DNA of 61,063 nt, counting the filler, from Sphacelaria rigidula (lineage: Eukaryota): NCBI GenBank assembly GCA_964200075.2. It is 8 parts of 8 records of this genome, joined end to end, with 100 filler letters (N's around TTAATTAATTAA, not from the genome) between each part and the next. Parts side by side here need not be neighbours in the genome. Positions count along the whole stretch, not along the records: positions 45,874 to 53,418 come from CAXNAA020014405.1; positions 53,519 to 61,063 come from CAXNAA020014406.1; 6 more parts are not named here. One strand, given 5' to 3'. Positions within the stretch are counted from its first letter, which is position 1. Every line of letters begins with the position of its first letter. A program made the position numbers and the translations under genes. The notes below the pieces were generated by a model that saw only the letters and a program-made list of their open reading frames with translations, ran no database searches and was not told the origin of the DNA. Shown piece after piece: positions 49,271 to 61,063 of the stretch.

Positions 49271-52200
49271 AAAAGAGAGATGGGGAGGGGAGGGCGCACT
49301 CATTCCTTGCTTGCCTTAGACATTTGACCATCAGCCATGCATCTCTTTCGAGAAGGAGCGCCGTTCTCATTCCCGGTATTAATGGAGACACCTCCAGCAT
49401 TGGGACCTTCTTACCTTTTTGTCCATACGACTACACAAACGGAGTTTACATATCTCCTCCCCTTCCTGCTTCGCCGTCTGCGGTCACTATCTATCTTCTA
49501 GTATAGCGATCGTTTTCTCGCTACTATCTGGAGATGGAGAGGGAGGGGAGAATGGGGATGTACTCATGATCTTGTAGGGGGACGGGGAGGGGGGGGGGCG
49601 TACTCATTTGTTGCTTGCCTTAGTCATTTGACCATTGGGGGGGGGTAGGTTCAAAATTGTGGCGAAAAAAACGACAGGTGAGAGTAACGCAGGGTGAGGA
49701 AGGACGGAAGGTAAGCGAAACAACGGCGTGCTACTCATACGCTGGCCTGTGCGAAAACCCAGCACAACAATCCTTGAAATAAATGCCAATATGATGTTCT
49801 GTCGGCGGATGAATATTCCCCACGGATATTTTATGGGGGGATTGAATCATAAAACGACTTCCTCTGGAATGACTGAACCACTGAACGAAGTGGTCAGCAT
49901 GTAGAACGTAACTTGCCCGTCTCCCACCTTCAAGGTGAGACTGCATCCGATAATCTCAGCATCGCGCGGCCGTTTGGGCCAATGCTTGAAAAGCGACACC
50001 CGGACAACAGCTGTAATAGTCACTCCGGCCGCCGTGCGGTTCAGAAAGGTCGGGGTTTACGCTGCCGTGCCACGGCGCACGGGCTACTACGTGTACAGCG
50101 GAAATACGTCGTAAACTACCGCCAGCACACGTGCGAGGAACACGTTCCTCGCCGATTCTCGTCTTTTTCGCGTCATCGTGCTTTCAACATTTTCTCTCCC
50201 CCGGGACAATTCCGTATTCTCGAGGGATCCAGACGATTATCCCCCGGTACACGCCTTACATTGTGGTATCACCGGTTGTACAAGAACCCCCACACCACCT
50301 CGACTGTCCTTTCATTTTGTTCGTTAATCAGACCCTCGCGTTTTCAACGAGGAAAATCAGATATTCCTCAGCGAAAAACCGGCATCTGCCGGGATTTAAA
50401 CCCTCAATCTTCCGTCCTACCAGGTTTCAGTTGGACCACTTGGACCACCCGGGCGCAGCATCCCCATCTACATGCTACTCGCTAAGCATGTCAGCCAAGC
50501 AACGTTGAGTTTCACCAACACTAAAGCAATACTGCCCAATACGAGAGTGTATCCCCTCCAGCGAAAAATCGAGAAGAATCGCTCAAGCTCATGATACTAC
50601 AATCGACAATATACCCGTGACCGTTTTTTGCACATACAGTCAATCTGTCATCGACGTCTTCGCAATCTGCAAGCTTTTCCGTCACGGCACTTCAGCTGAT
50701 GAACATTGGAACGACATCACAACGCTAAGTATGTGTCAATTGCCCAGTCCAACACACCAAATAATCTTTCAAGGTGCTCGTGAGTCAGCCTCTCTCCACT
50801 TTGAACCTCCTATCCATGAACATCATCAGCACAAAAAATGGCGATCATGAACGCCATCACGATCCAAAACTACCTCCGCCGGTAACCTACAAATTTTGTT
50901 TTCCCTGCTGACCCACTCTGGCCTAAATGTGAGTCGAGGGTCACCCCAAACGAGTGAAGGGTGCACACTGCAGAGCTTCCCAACAGTGGGGTCGTGCCTA
51001 CTATGCGGGATTCCTTGACTTCTTGTTTCCTGAATCCACTGGATGTGCTCTCACTTCCAGGTGCATTCCATCCGTCGTTATGATAGCCCCGGGCCCCTTT
51101 CGAATGATTGGAAGAAACGCCCCCTTCATCCTTACAACTCTGGACAGCGGGCTCTTGTTCGATCTCTAATGGACTCGGCGATCTCTTACAGCCATCACAC
51201 GAACGGCGCGCTCAGTGCGAGTCCCATATATATTGCTCCCTTCATTGCGTCTTTCAAACAGAACTCCGTCTGCCTGCAGCCCCCAGCCCAAAAAACGGCT
51301 TCTCCTTGACCTTTCTACTGTATTGCACTTCCATCATCAAAATGGCATCTCGGCACAGTATTCGGGGGAGCATCCCTTGCTACACAGATATATCATTCCC
51401 TGCTTGGCATGCTCCGGACATAACTCCCTCTCTCTACCGCCCTCTCGCCCGTAGGACGATACGGTCTTGCATTATCGCACAACCTCCGTATGGGATACTC
51501 ATTCGATGTACTAGATCTGGGATATTCAACTGGGATATGCATCTGCACCTGGGATATGCATGTCCACCTGGAATATCCCAGAAGGATGTCCACATCCTAA
51601 TCGGACGTCTGTCAGATTCGAGATAAACGTCCATATCCCAGATGAAAGTTGCACGATATTGCAAAGCTCCCTAGAAAGACCCTCTGATACAGTGATCGTG
51701 GAACATCTCTTCTTCCTACGTAAATCCACCTTTCGCTGAGGTTGATTCCTCGAAGGAGCCCTCGCAGTTTTTTATTGCACACCCAAGGGTCTATCGAGAG
51801 AAAAAGTTCGGACACGGAGATCCGCCCCCTTCCCCCGTCCCCTCCCGGAGGGCAATATTTCGAGATTTGCCATGGTTTTTGTGATGCTTTCTGCAATTTT
51901 TCTATGATTTTTATATAATTTTTTGTCGAAATATACTTTTGACAAACCCTTGGCACATCCACCATTTCCTGCTTGGTATGCCCCCGAACAAAACTGCCCT
52001 CTTCCTGTTATCCTCCCGCCCGAAGGATGGAACCTTGACACAATGATCGTGTGAGCATCTCTCGTGACGCACAGGCACCATTCCCTCCGCAGCGTGCTCC
52101 GCAGCGTGCTCCGCACACTACTCCACCTTCCTACCGCCTTCCCACCCGCACGATGGTCAAGTAGTGCAGCCTTTGCGAGAAAAACCCTGTCTGCTTACAA

Positions 52201-53589
52201 CATCCACCATTTCCTGTGAAAAATCGTGCACGAGAAACAGAGGAGAATATTGAACACCCGGAGTACAACACATCAACAGTTGCGCAACCTTTCGCACCGG
52301 TATGCAGTGGTGGCACGGTTAACAACATCGTCGCTGTTCAAGCATGAATACTATCGCAGTGAGGATGTCCAGCTGGAGTACGACAATAGTTGAACATCGT
52401 CGAAGATTTTGTGATATCACCCACTCGGAGCAGCAACGGTGAAGATTCACAACAATTTCAAACTGCTTCTATCATGTGTCCTTGAGCTTTGGGGACTGAA
52501 GAGTCACTTGCAAAACGTATTTCATCGCCACTTACACCGTCAATTTCCAGCACGTGCGCGGGCGAATACATACCTTTACGATAGAGAGGGGGGAAACAAA
52601 ACGCACCCTTGTACAAGTACCGTCTGTCGACAGATACTTCACAATACACAGATGACACAGTACGACCACCGTATCCTTGAAGGTCACTGAGTATTAGCAC
52701 CGCAAATCATTCCACTTCGTCAACAATGACGGTAGCCGTGAGTTCTTCATAGATATTCACCAATCATGCGCGTACCACGCCTCCTCACCTTTTTTCACCG
52801 ACCCTTGATATATAAATTTGAGTGGCTCGCTTCCAGGTTATTTCATGGATCGCGGTGCAGAGCTAGGAGATTGCAAGTCAGTGATGTACGAAGCTATCCA
52901 GCTGGCGAAGCGGGAGAGTTAGGTAGAATATTATCAACAAATTATGCAGGTGTTGGAGATGGATATATTGCCTTACGATGGATACAGCTACGTCTTGAGC
53001 AGACAAGTTCAGAGACCCGTGTATTTTATGTCGGTGTTACCGCAACAACGTATTTCCTTCCACACGCTTACGAAAATAATGTTCACCGACATCCACTAAC
53101 ATAGCCATTGAAAAGTCGGGATGAGCTTGACAAAACCATTACATGTAGTAACCATGACCTTCGTTAGCGTCAATCGAATGAGGGATGGTCTCCGTCAAAA
53201 TCGCTTCTGCTGCATTCCGCCAATACGACTAACTGAAGGCAAGCAGAACCTGGTCGACACAGAACAAACGATCGACAGTGGAACTCTTCATGGTAGGCTG
53301 AGCGACACGAGATACATATGGTGTTGGCTTTGCAACTATTCAAGGGTCAGACAACTGATGATTGTCGGGAAATTACTTGATTTTAGTATGACGAGTCGAC
53401 TCGTGACGAATCAATCCCNNNNNNNNNNNNNNNNNNNNNNNNNNNNNNNNNNNNNNNNNNNNTTAATTAATTAANNNNNNNNNNNNNNNNNNNNNNNNNN
53501 NNNNNNNNNNNNNNNNNNGTATGCTCCTTGCACTCTGTGACCACGGGTTCGAGAGATCGAGCTAATGTGATGGATATAATAATAATAAT

Positions 53590-54978
53590 CGCTTTTCAAA
53601 CGCGAACAGCCGTGAGAGGGTGTGCGGAATGGTTTATGTTTGACCGTGATATCATACGATTGCAATGAGATCGCCCACCAGGTCAACATATTACTTGTGT
53701 CTTGCCTTGCATGCAAATATCGAAGAGCGGCGGGATCAGTTATACACGTGGAGTAACGGTCCCACAGAAAAGGTCTGAAATGCTGAATCGCCAGTACGAC
53801 CGCGTAACGCTCTTTCATGGTGGGTGAGTACTGGGCTTGGGCATCGTTGAAACGTTGACCAAAGTATGCTACGATTGCGTCGTCTTCGCCCCTCTTCTGC
53901 GGAATGTAGGCTCCAGCCCCTCGGTCCGACGCATCGACATTTATCGTGAAGTCTTTCGTGAAGTCTGGAAAATGAAGGACCGGTGCCTCGGTCATGAAGT
54001 TTTTAATTTTTCCCAAGGCTTCATCATGTTCGGTGTTCCATAGTTTTGACACTTGTTTTGTCGCCTCTTTCTTTCTGAGATCTATAAGTGGTGCTATGAC
54101 TGTAGCTAAGTCTGGTATGAACTTCCGCACGAAATTTATTGTACCGAGTATTGATCGCAACTTTTCGATGTCGGTGGGTTTCCGCAAGTCGAGAATGGCT
54201 TTTACTCTTTCGTCACTCACTTTGATGCCATCTGCGGACAGTACATGGCTCAAGTATTGGATTTTTGTCGGTTTCAGTGTGAGGCCTGCTGTTTGCAGTG
54301 CTTTGAACGTGCTTTCTAGTAGGGTGAGGTGACTCCCCAAGCTTGATGGACAACAAATTATGTCATATATATAGACCAGTAAACCACTTTTGGGTCCATC
54401 GTGTGCAAATGTTAGTGCCACTATGCCCGAAAAGATCAAGCGTGAACATGCTAAACCAAACGATAAGCGGTTCAACACCCATTACAAAAGCTGCTTTCTC
54501 TTTTTCGCTCTCCGCCACCGGTATCTGGTGAAATGCACTTTGTACATCGCAAACAGTTGTACTTTTCGCCCCTGCTACTGTGACTTTCGATAGCTGGCAT
54601 GGGCCATGATTTGCGAATCGAGTTTTTATTTATTGTTGCTCGACAGTCCACGCAAAATCGTGATGTTCCGTCTGCTTTTGGTACTATTGTGACCGCTGAT
54701 CCCCAGGGGCTGGGGCGTTGTTCGATTTTACCGTCTTTTTCCATCTGGTCGACGCATTCGTCGATTGCGTCTTTCACTCTGGGGTTTGCTCTATATGGAG
54801 CTCTGTTCGCTGATTGCGAGCCAGGTTTGAGGGGGAAACGTGCCTCATCTAACGTATAACAGCCCAACTCCTGCGGAGTAAGTGAAACACAGAGCGGTAT
54901 TTTGAGAGCATTGTTCTGGGGGGAAAGGCGTATTCTCGAAAGCTCTGCGCAAAGCTGGACGTACTTTTTCTTTCGCAT
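53590..54978 (-). pseudogene. Gypsy reverse transcriptase/RNase H, inactivated
   Basis: YxDD site reads VYIYDII; RT is split across two frames; cut by a retroposon 3' end at 53519-53590. Confidence 0.9.
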
Positions 54979-56307
54979 CTTGCTTCCCTGGCATATTATT
55001 TCCCTGGCATATTATTTCCCGCCATTACACTGTCTGTGACCGGTTTTGTCTCTTGTACTGGGGTGATAAAGCCTAAAATCGTATTGCGTTTCAGGGTTAC
55101 ATATCGGCTCGACGGGTTGGCGATTTGTGTCATTGCCGTTTCATTCGTTGCCGACCACGTGCATACTGTCCTCGCAACAATGATGCACGTAAAAGCTTGG
55201 GGTACATCAGGCGATCGAATGTTCCCCTCGGTTATTATGCGTAGCTCTACGACAGCTGCTGTTGTTGACGGGGTATTTTCCGTGTCAACTAATACTGTCA
55301 TTTCACTCTGCGGTGGAGCACTGCCTTTTTTTCGTGAGAAAGACTGAAACAGAGTTTGAACAATTCACACTAACTACAGAACGATGTGTTGTTTTGGAGC
55401 GTGTTGTATTTTGTGAACCCTGTTGTTTTCGATGCGACGCTTTGATCTTCATACCGGAAGCACGGAATGTCAGTTCATCTGCCTGCTAGTCGAGTATAGC
55501 TTCGAACGTACCCATAATGGATTTGTCTAGTAGTAAACAATCCGGCCCCGGTTTAGGTAATGCAAACGTTTGTACTGGCAGGGTTTTTATCCCCGACGTG
55601 AGCTCGAAACGAAAGAACCCTAGCATTTTCATGGGGAAACCGTCCGCGTTTTTGAGATCCATGGATCCTGGCGGTACTGGCTTTATATCAGCTGCCATTA
55701 TGGCCGGGTATTCATCTTTGAACATTTTGTTGATACATGGTACATTTGCTGCGGAATCGGTTGCAATTTTTTCAGCGGGGGTAACATTTACTCTGGCTGC
55801 GACCCTAACGCGTACTGATGCACAGGATAATGCTGAGGGCGTATCTGTATACCTGGCGAGTGATGATGCGCTGCATGAGTCATAACAGTGATCGTTAAAG
55901 ATCGGGTTTGAAAAGGGAGACTGGTGTTTCGATTTTTTATTCTTCTGCAACGAGTTTCTCACAAAAGCTGCCCGCGGAGCTAAAAATATACGTTGCGTCT
56001 GTTCGACGCATGCGCTATTTGTACTCCACCTTCTGTTGCTATGCCCCTGCTTTTGCTCATCTTGTACATGGTTTACCTCTATCCGAGACTTCTCACGCAT
56101 TCTTCGTGGTTGGTCCACTGTACTGTCAGTAAAATAAAACTCTCCCATCTTACGGGCCAGAGGGTTGGCGATTTCGCGTCTTTTTGTTTCCCTCGATTTT
56201 CTACGTACAGGTTTACCGTTTATGCCCTGATCCGACGAGGGGTCCTATCTTGGGCGCCTTCACGGGTTGTAATTCTTGGCAAACTCTACATAGCACTGCA
56301 TAAGGCG

Positions 56308-57228
56308 TCAGTCTGCCGTCTCGTTTGTGCTCTTGTATCTGCATGGTGCGTACTCGCAACGGTTCGACTTTTTCGTTTTACCGCTCGACTGCTTGTTGTT
56401 GGATGTACTCTTATCGTTACTGTCCCTGAAGCGTACTCTGTTTATCTCTCCCCCAGATCTACTCGCGCTCCTGTCCCTGCTAGAAGACCGTTTCTCCGTT
56501 TTTCCTCTTTCCCCTTTATTCGCCTTCAAGCGCGACTGGAGACCCGTGAGGATTGCGCCTTGATCGGCGATCATTTCCGCTAGCTGAGCACGTGGGGAAT
56601 TTACGTTTGCGGCTGAGACATGGGGAGTGTCTCCGGTTTGCTTTGGCCATGTGCGGAGGATATTTTGCACGTGTTTTTTCGCGCTCACTGTCGCAGTCTG
56701 GAAGTCCAGCGTACTGTCTTCACTCACCATTTTTACTCCGATATGGGGTTCGAGCCCAGTCTCAAATGCTGCTGTTGTGATCACGTCTACTATGAAACGA
56801 AGCGTGTCGTGGCCGGGGGATTTTACTCGCAAGGCCTCGGTCACGAATTTATCCGTCGAAGTCATACATTCCAGTGCATAGTCGTCTACGTTCTGATCGT
56901 CTTTCTGCTTGAGATCGGCTATTGCACGGGCCAACAGTGCTAGTCGGTTCGATGGAGAGAAGCGATGGGTGTAAGCCGCTACCCATTCCGTCCATGTTTT
57001 CGCGGCTATGGGTGCGGTATATTTTCCTCTCGATTTGAGGTCTTGTATTATTGCCGGTGGACGCCACTCTACTTTTCTGCTTCCCAGGGGAGTATACAAC
57101 TTTTCTGCTGACCCTCTGAGGGTAAGTGGTGAGTGTTTTATGGCGTGGCGTTGTACCGTGTATTCTGCGCAATCGTCAGGGGCATGAATCGTAACTCGAT
57201 TGAGAAACGCGCCGAGAACTGCCGGCAC
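56308..57228 (-). pseudogene. Gag-like ORF of the Gypsy element
   Basis: TWTEWVAAYTHRF...LKQKDDQNVDDY...FETGL pattern typical of retrotransposon gag; lies upstream of the protease. Confidence 0.8.
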
Positions 57229-57862
57229 GTCCTTACACCGTTTTCTTTATAGGATCAACGTTGGTGTGAAATCCGATCGTTTCATCGAGAATTGTTTAGT
57301 TCTCGTAGTGTTACCGAGGCTTTCAAGTGGCGGAGTCAGCACTGAACCCGACAGAGTCTCCATGTTGTGGTTATTTTCCTGTGCCTTAGTGAGGCCTGTT
57401 GGCGGATCTAACGTCGGGGTTCTAGAGCCCTGTGTGAATTGGATTGGCGTAGCGTTAAGCAGTTCGACATCGGAATTATCGACTGAATCATTGACACTAT
57501 CCAAGGGGTTATTCGTACTGTTCTGTAGCATCTTCTTGCCACTTAAGTATTCCATTTCTGATGCTACTGGGTTGCAAGACTTCGATACGTGTGTGATCCC
57601 TTTGCCCTGCGGTACCGTGAACCCTAACGCTTGCATTACCCACGGAGCTGGCCGCGTGCCCTCCTTGTCGCTCCTTTCCAGCGCCTTGTATGCAAGTTTC
57701 GCTGCCCGCTCATTCACGGCGGACTGTGGTGTTGGGGCTGGCATAGAAGATGAGGATGATGTGGAAGAATCGCGGAACACATTGAACCGTCCGGTGGATA
57801 CTTGGATATCCATACTCTGTTCAGAATCGTTGGAATCGTCGCTGTCATCTCCGTCCTCGTGG

Positions 57863-58411
57863 CTGTATGGTGGTTGGGCTGACAAAGACGTGTTAGCCGA
57901 CGCAGTTGTAGCTGGGTTGGGCTACGTCTCTTGACTCTACAGACTTCGACGACGAGGTGGAAGTCGACGGGGTGACAGACGTGGGGCGACGTCCGATGGT
58001 CCTTGCGTTGTTCTCCTCTTGAGATGGTGTCGTAGTGGTCGGGTTGTTTCCCGCGTGGCTTCCGCCTTGTTGGTTGGATTTCTGGTGATACGCCTTCCTC
58101 ACATTGGCAACACCAGGAAAGAACTCAAGCAAGACAGTCAGTAGCAGAACACACGACTTTCCACCATGCCAAGTAAAAATCGGTATCGCAAGAAATCCAA
58201 CCAACAAGGCGGAAGCCACGCGGGAAACAACCCGACCACCACAACAAGAACTCAAGAGAAGGGCAACGCAAGGACCATCGGACGTCGCTCCACGTCTGTC
58301 ACCCCATCCACTTCCACCTCGTCGGCGAAGTCTGTAAAGTCAAGAGACGCAGCCCAACCCAGCTACAACTGCGTCGGCTAACACGCCTTTGTCAGCCCAA
58401 CCACCATTCAG
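57863..58411. repeat. Long inverted repeat: 229-nt arms (57863-58091, 58183-58411), 91-nt loop
   Basis: Manual alignment of the left arm to the reverse complement of the right arm: about 18 mismatches, no indels. Confidence 0.95.
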
Positions 58412-58781
58412 ACAGACTAAGGAGGAGGCCGTCTTGGGAGATGTCGTCCTGATGCCGCAGGAACTCCTAGCCTGGCCATCATTTCCTCTTATGATATGTA
58501 GGCAAGAAATTGGGTCAGACGAGAAGTGGTCGTCGGGGAGCGACCTCCTCGGGGGATGTTGGTCCGTCCTAATATCAGGCTCGTCCTGGCATCACCCCAA
58601 ATTGTCTAGTATCGTTGGCATTACAGGATCTTCGGTAATCTGGCCCTTTCGGACAGTTCCTACCTTATAGCTGCCTGCGCTGATTCTCCATACATGTTTG
58701 GCATCAGTCTCTGATATGCCACTGCAAAGGGGTGTCTTCTTCATACGTGCCTATTAAGTTAGGTTTCTTTGTTTGCCTTCT

Positions 58782-58819
<38 letters not shown>

Positions 58820-60330
58820 TGTCTCCTGTCACTCGTGGCTCTCTCCCCGGAGGCCCATGCCGCTATGGAATCCATTGCGCGCCGCCATCTACCTGGTCGT
58901 GCCGTCTGACAGTTCTGACGATTGTTATCAAGGTATCATGCCCGATCCCGAGTTTTCGAAGGCCATCGACTACCCTTGCCCGCCAGTTCTCTCCTCCTTC
59001 CTTTCATGCCGCCCTCCCTTCCGTCCAAGACTGCGCCCATAAATCTGATTGACTCAGCGTTTGCATTCCAGGCATGCGATCCGTTCACCGAGCAATAGCC
59101 TAAGGTTCTAGAGTTTTGTTACGATGTTCCGCATCCCTGCCTCTTGAGACATTTCATGTAGGAGGGCACGTCCTTCGTGTTCAGTGGTCTGCTGCGTCGT
59201 CGGATGTACCGCAATAGGAGTGAGGTATCTGTCGTGCGCAGTTCGTGGACGTTGATTTGCTTCAGCATCCACGTATAGAGGCCTCAGAGAAGAACTTTGG
59301 GCACTCTGGCTTTGAAACTGCGGCTTTGAAACTCCGGATTTCAAAGTCCAGTGGCGCGGCAGATATCCCTCCATCTTACAGCACTGAACAATGTTACGCT
59401 GTCGCAGAGTACTCGGCCGAGCTTGTTCTTATACCACCACGCGAGTCGAATCCGACGTTTGAGCTCGGGGGTCATGTCGGCAACTCCATTGATGGGTGTT
59501 CCTCGGTACACGAAGTTTTCTGGGAATATCGTCACCCCACAGCCCTGGTCTCCATTGTGCCTGCTCTTGGGTGCGGTGCAGACATGCCCGTGGTCTCCAT
59601 CTCCTTCCCCGACACGTTCAGTACTTAATCTTGGGACGGCTAGCCTGTGACCTTAGAACGACGCCAGCATCGCCGTCGTACAGCACAGCACACAGCTTCG
59701 GTTGAACCGCCTTGTGTCTCCCTTCCTCTCCTGCCCTGGTCTCGTCTGCTGTACCACCTTCCCCTCTTTGTAGCCTTGGCCCGGCGCTGCTCTCCCCCGC
59801 TACTGCTACACCGCTCCTTTTCCTCCCTGCAATTTTCTCTCGGTCTGTGATTCGCATCATGCCATCGAACACTGTTTTGCCTTGTAGGAACGTCTCCCTT
59901 TGACGGCGGCAAAGATCTTTTTTATCAGCGGAATCAGCACGAAATCTTGTCCGAATCCCTTTCTGATTTCGAACCTTTCCAGATTCTCCCCACCATCCAT
60001 ACCGACACAATCCTCAATCAACCCCGTATGCCGTCGTGATATCGGCGAATGACTGTTATCATTGACGATCGACTCGATAATACACTCTCGCTAGGCCAAT
60101 GAGGGACATACCCAGCGGGCTGTTCTGGGCTATGCCAAGCTCTTTTCGTCTGTGTATCACGAACATGTCTTGTGTCAGCATTGGGGACGGAATCCGCACT
60201 GTTTTTCGGGAAGGAGGTTGGTGCGCTCCATGTGTGCGCTGAGCTGGTTCGCGCCAACCATAAGTGGGGCTTTGCCGGCATGAGCTACTAGTGATACACC
60301 TCTATAGTTGGAAACACTCAGTCCGGTCCT
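58782..60330 (-). mobile_element. RTE-clade LINE relic (RT fragments, 3' UTR, (GA)n tail)
   Basis: NYRGVSLVAHAGK...LLPEKQCGFRP, MITVIRRYHDG, FVYRG..I...ADMTPELKRRIRLAW; (CT)n at 58782-58813 is its tail. Confidence 0.85.
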
Positions 60331-60945
60331 TCTTGTGTATGTCCGCCCCATCTCTTCGCAAGTTACCCTTTTCGTCCGTGATGTGTGAGGATTTGCATTT
60401 CTCTGACTCCCCTTGTGGCTCGCGTACCATGTTGCTGCAGCCCATGATTTTTTTGTATTTCGGTTTGTTCTTTCGAACCGTACGTGCATTTTTGCGTAAT
60501 TTAGTCATTCGCTGACGTATCTGTAGAACCCCGAAGTCTTCGGGGCGTCATGTTTTCATGTCCGTAGGCGTTTTGTTTTTTTTGTTTTTGCATTCTGTCT
60601 TTCTTTTTGTTAAGGCTTTGTGACCACGGGTGCTAGGTTCCTGGCAAAGGGCTAATGTGAAAACAAACAAAAAACAATAATAACGACAACCAGGTGATCG
60701 ATTCCTGCAGGTTGCCTTCACAGAAACCGCGAGTCACCGCCTTGGTTTCTGAATTTTTCTTCATGAAAGGCGGTGCACAGGGCCCAAGAGTTTCGCCACA
60801 CCCCCGAATGCCACCATCGCACTGAGATGCAAGTTACCAAGAACAGCGGAAAAAAAAGGCAACCAACCCACTTTGTAAAGCACGCACGACATAATTCCCG
60901 CATGTGCGCAGAGTGCTGTGCGACATCTCCTACAGTATACGAACG

Positions 60946-61063
60946 CCCCGGTGGCTTAGTTGGTAACCTCGTAACCTTCTGACGGTTGAGTAATGGGGTT
61001 CGTTCCGGAGCGATCTGGGATCTTTTTTCACACCATGCCCAACAGTGGAGAGCGACTAGGTCG
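60946..61063 (+). mobile_element. SINE S2 5' part (cut by window end)
   Basis: A box TGGCTTAGTTGG, B-box-like GGTTCGTTCC, then CGATCTGGGAT...CCAACAGTGGAGAGCGACTA as in 4760-4985. Confidence 0.75.

Larger units (their letters stand above)
53590..58411 (-). mobile_element. Decayed Ty3/Gypsy LTR retrotransposon internal region (gag-protease-RT-RNase H)
   Basis: Minus-strand order: gag-like (56308-57885), protease-like (IATDSAANVPCI), RT (PYRANP, SPWGSAVTIVPKADGTSRFCVDCR, FGL), RNase H (FTINVDASDRGAGA, YSPTMKERYAVVLAIQHFRPFL); frameshifted. Confidence 0.92.

Noticed and set aside
7547..53518. Regularly spaced TTAATTAATTAA palindromes (~7.65-kb period)
   Set aside because: Artificial all-frame-stop spacers inside N runs. 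Piece lengths are equal, piece ends do not join, and piece centres share no feature.

Overview
Eukaryotic nuclear DNA, most likely a brown alga (Phaeophyceae; inferred from kb-sized repeat-filled introns, GC-rich short exons and the TE landscape). The window is not one locus. It is eight equal pieces (1-7546, 7647-15192, 15293-22838, 22939-30483, 30584-38128, 38229-45773, 45874-53418, 53519-61063) joined by identical 100-nt N44-TTAATTAATTAA-N44 spacers, so no linkage across spacers is inferred. Genes reconstructed by hand from splice sites and reading phase: the 3' six exons of methylmalonate-semialdehyde dehydrogenase (ALDH6A1, one GC-AG intron); a seven-exon divergent non-RD protein kinase on the minus strand (HGDVAEHN/DFG, no APE, apparent 1-nt frameshift); five exons of an EF-hand protein; and a 1.4-kb low-complexity first exon. 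The rest is mostly mobile DNA: a decayed Ty3/Gypsy element with a 229-bp, ~92%-identical inverted repeat at its gag 5' end, an RTE-type LINE relic, two tRNA-derived SINE families, hAT- and Harbinger-like MITEs including three foldbacks in tandem, and a mariner-like transposase fragment. The most unusual signal is a recurrent TIR-less element group, seen in five pieces, that sits in poly-G/C tracts, keeps one fixed terminus (G-run-GTACTCAT..TTGC(A/T)TGCC) and is variably truncated at the other end. No CRISPR array, rRNA or intact tRNA gene was seen.
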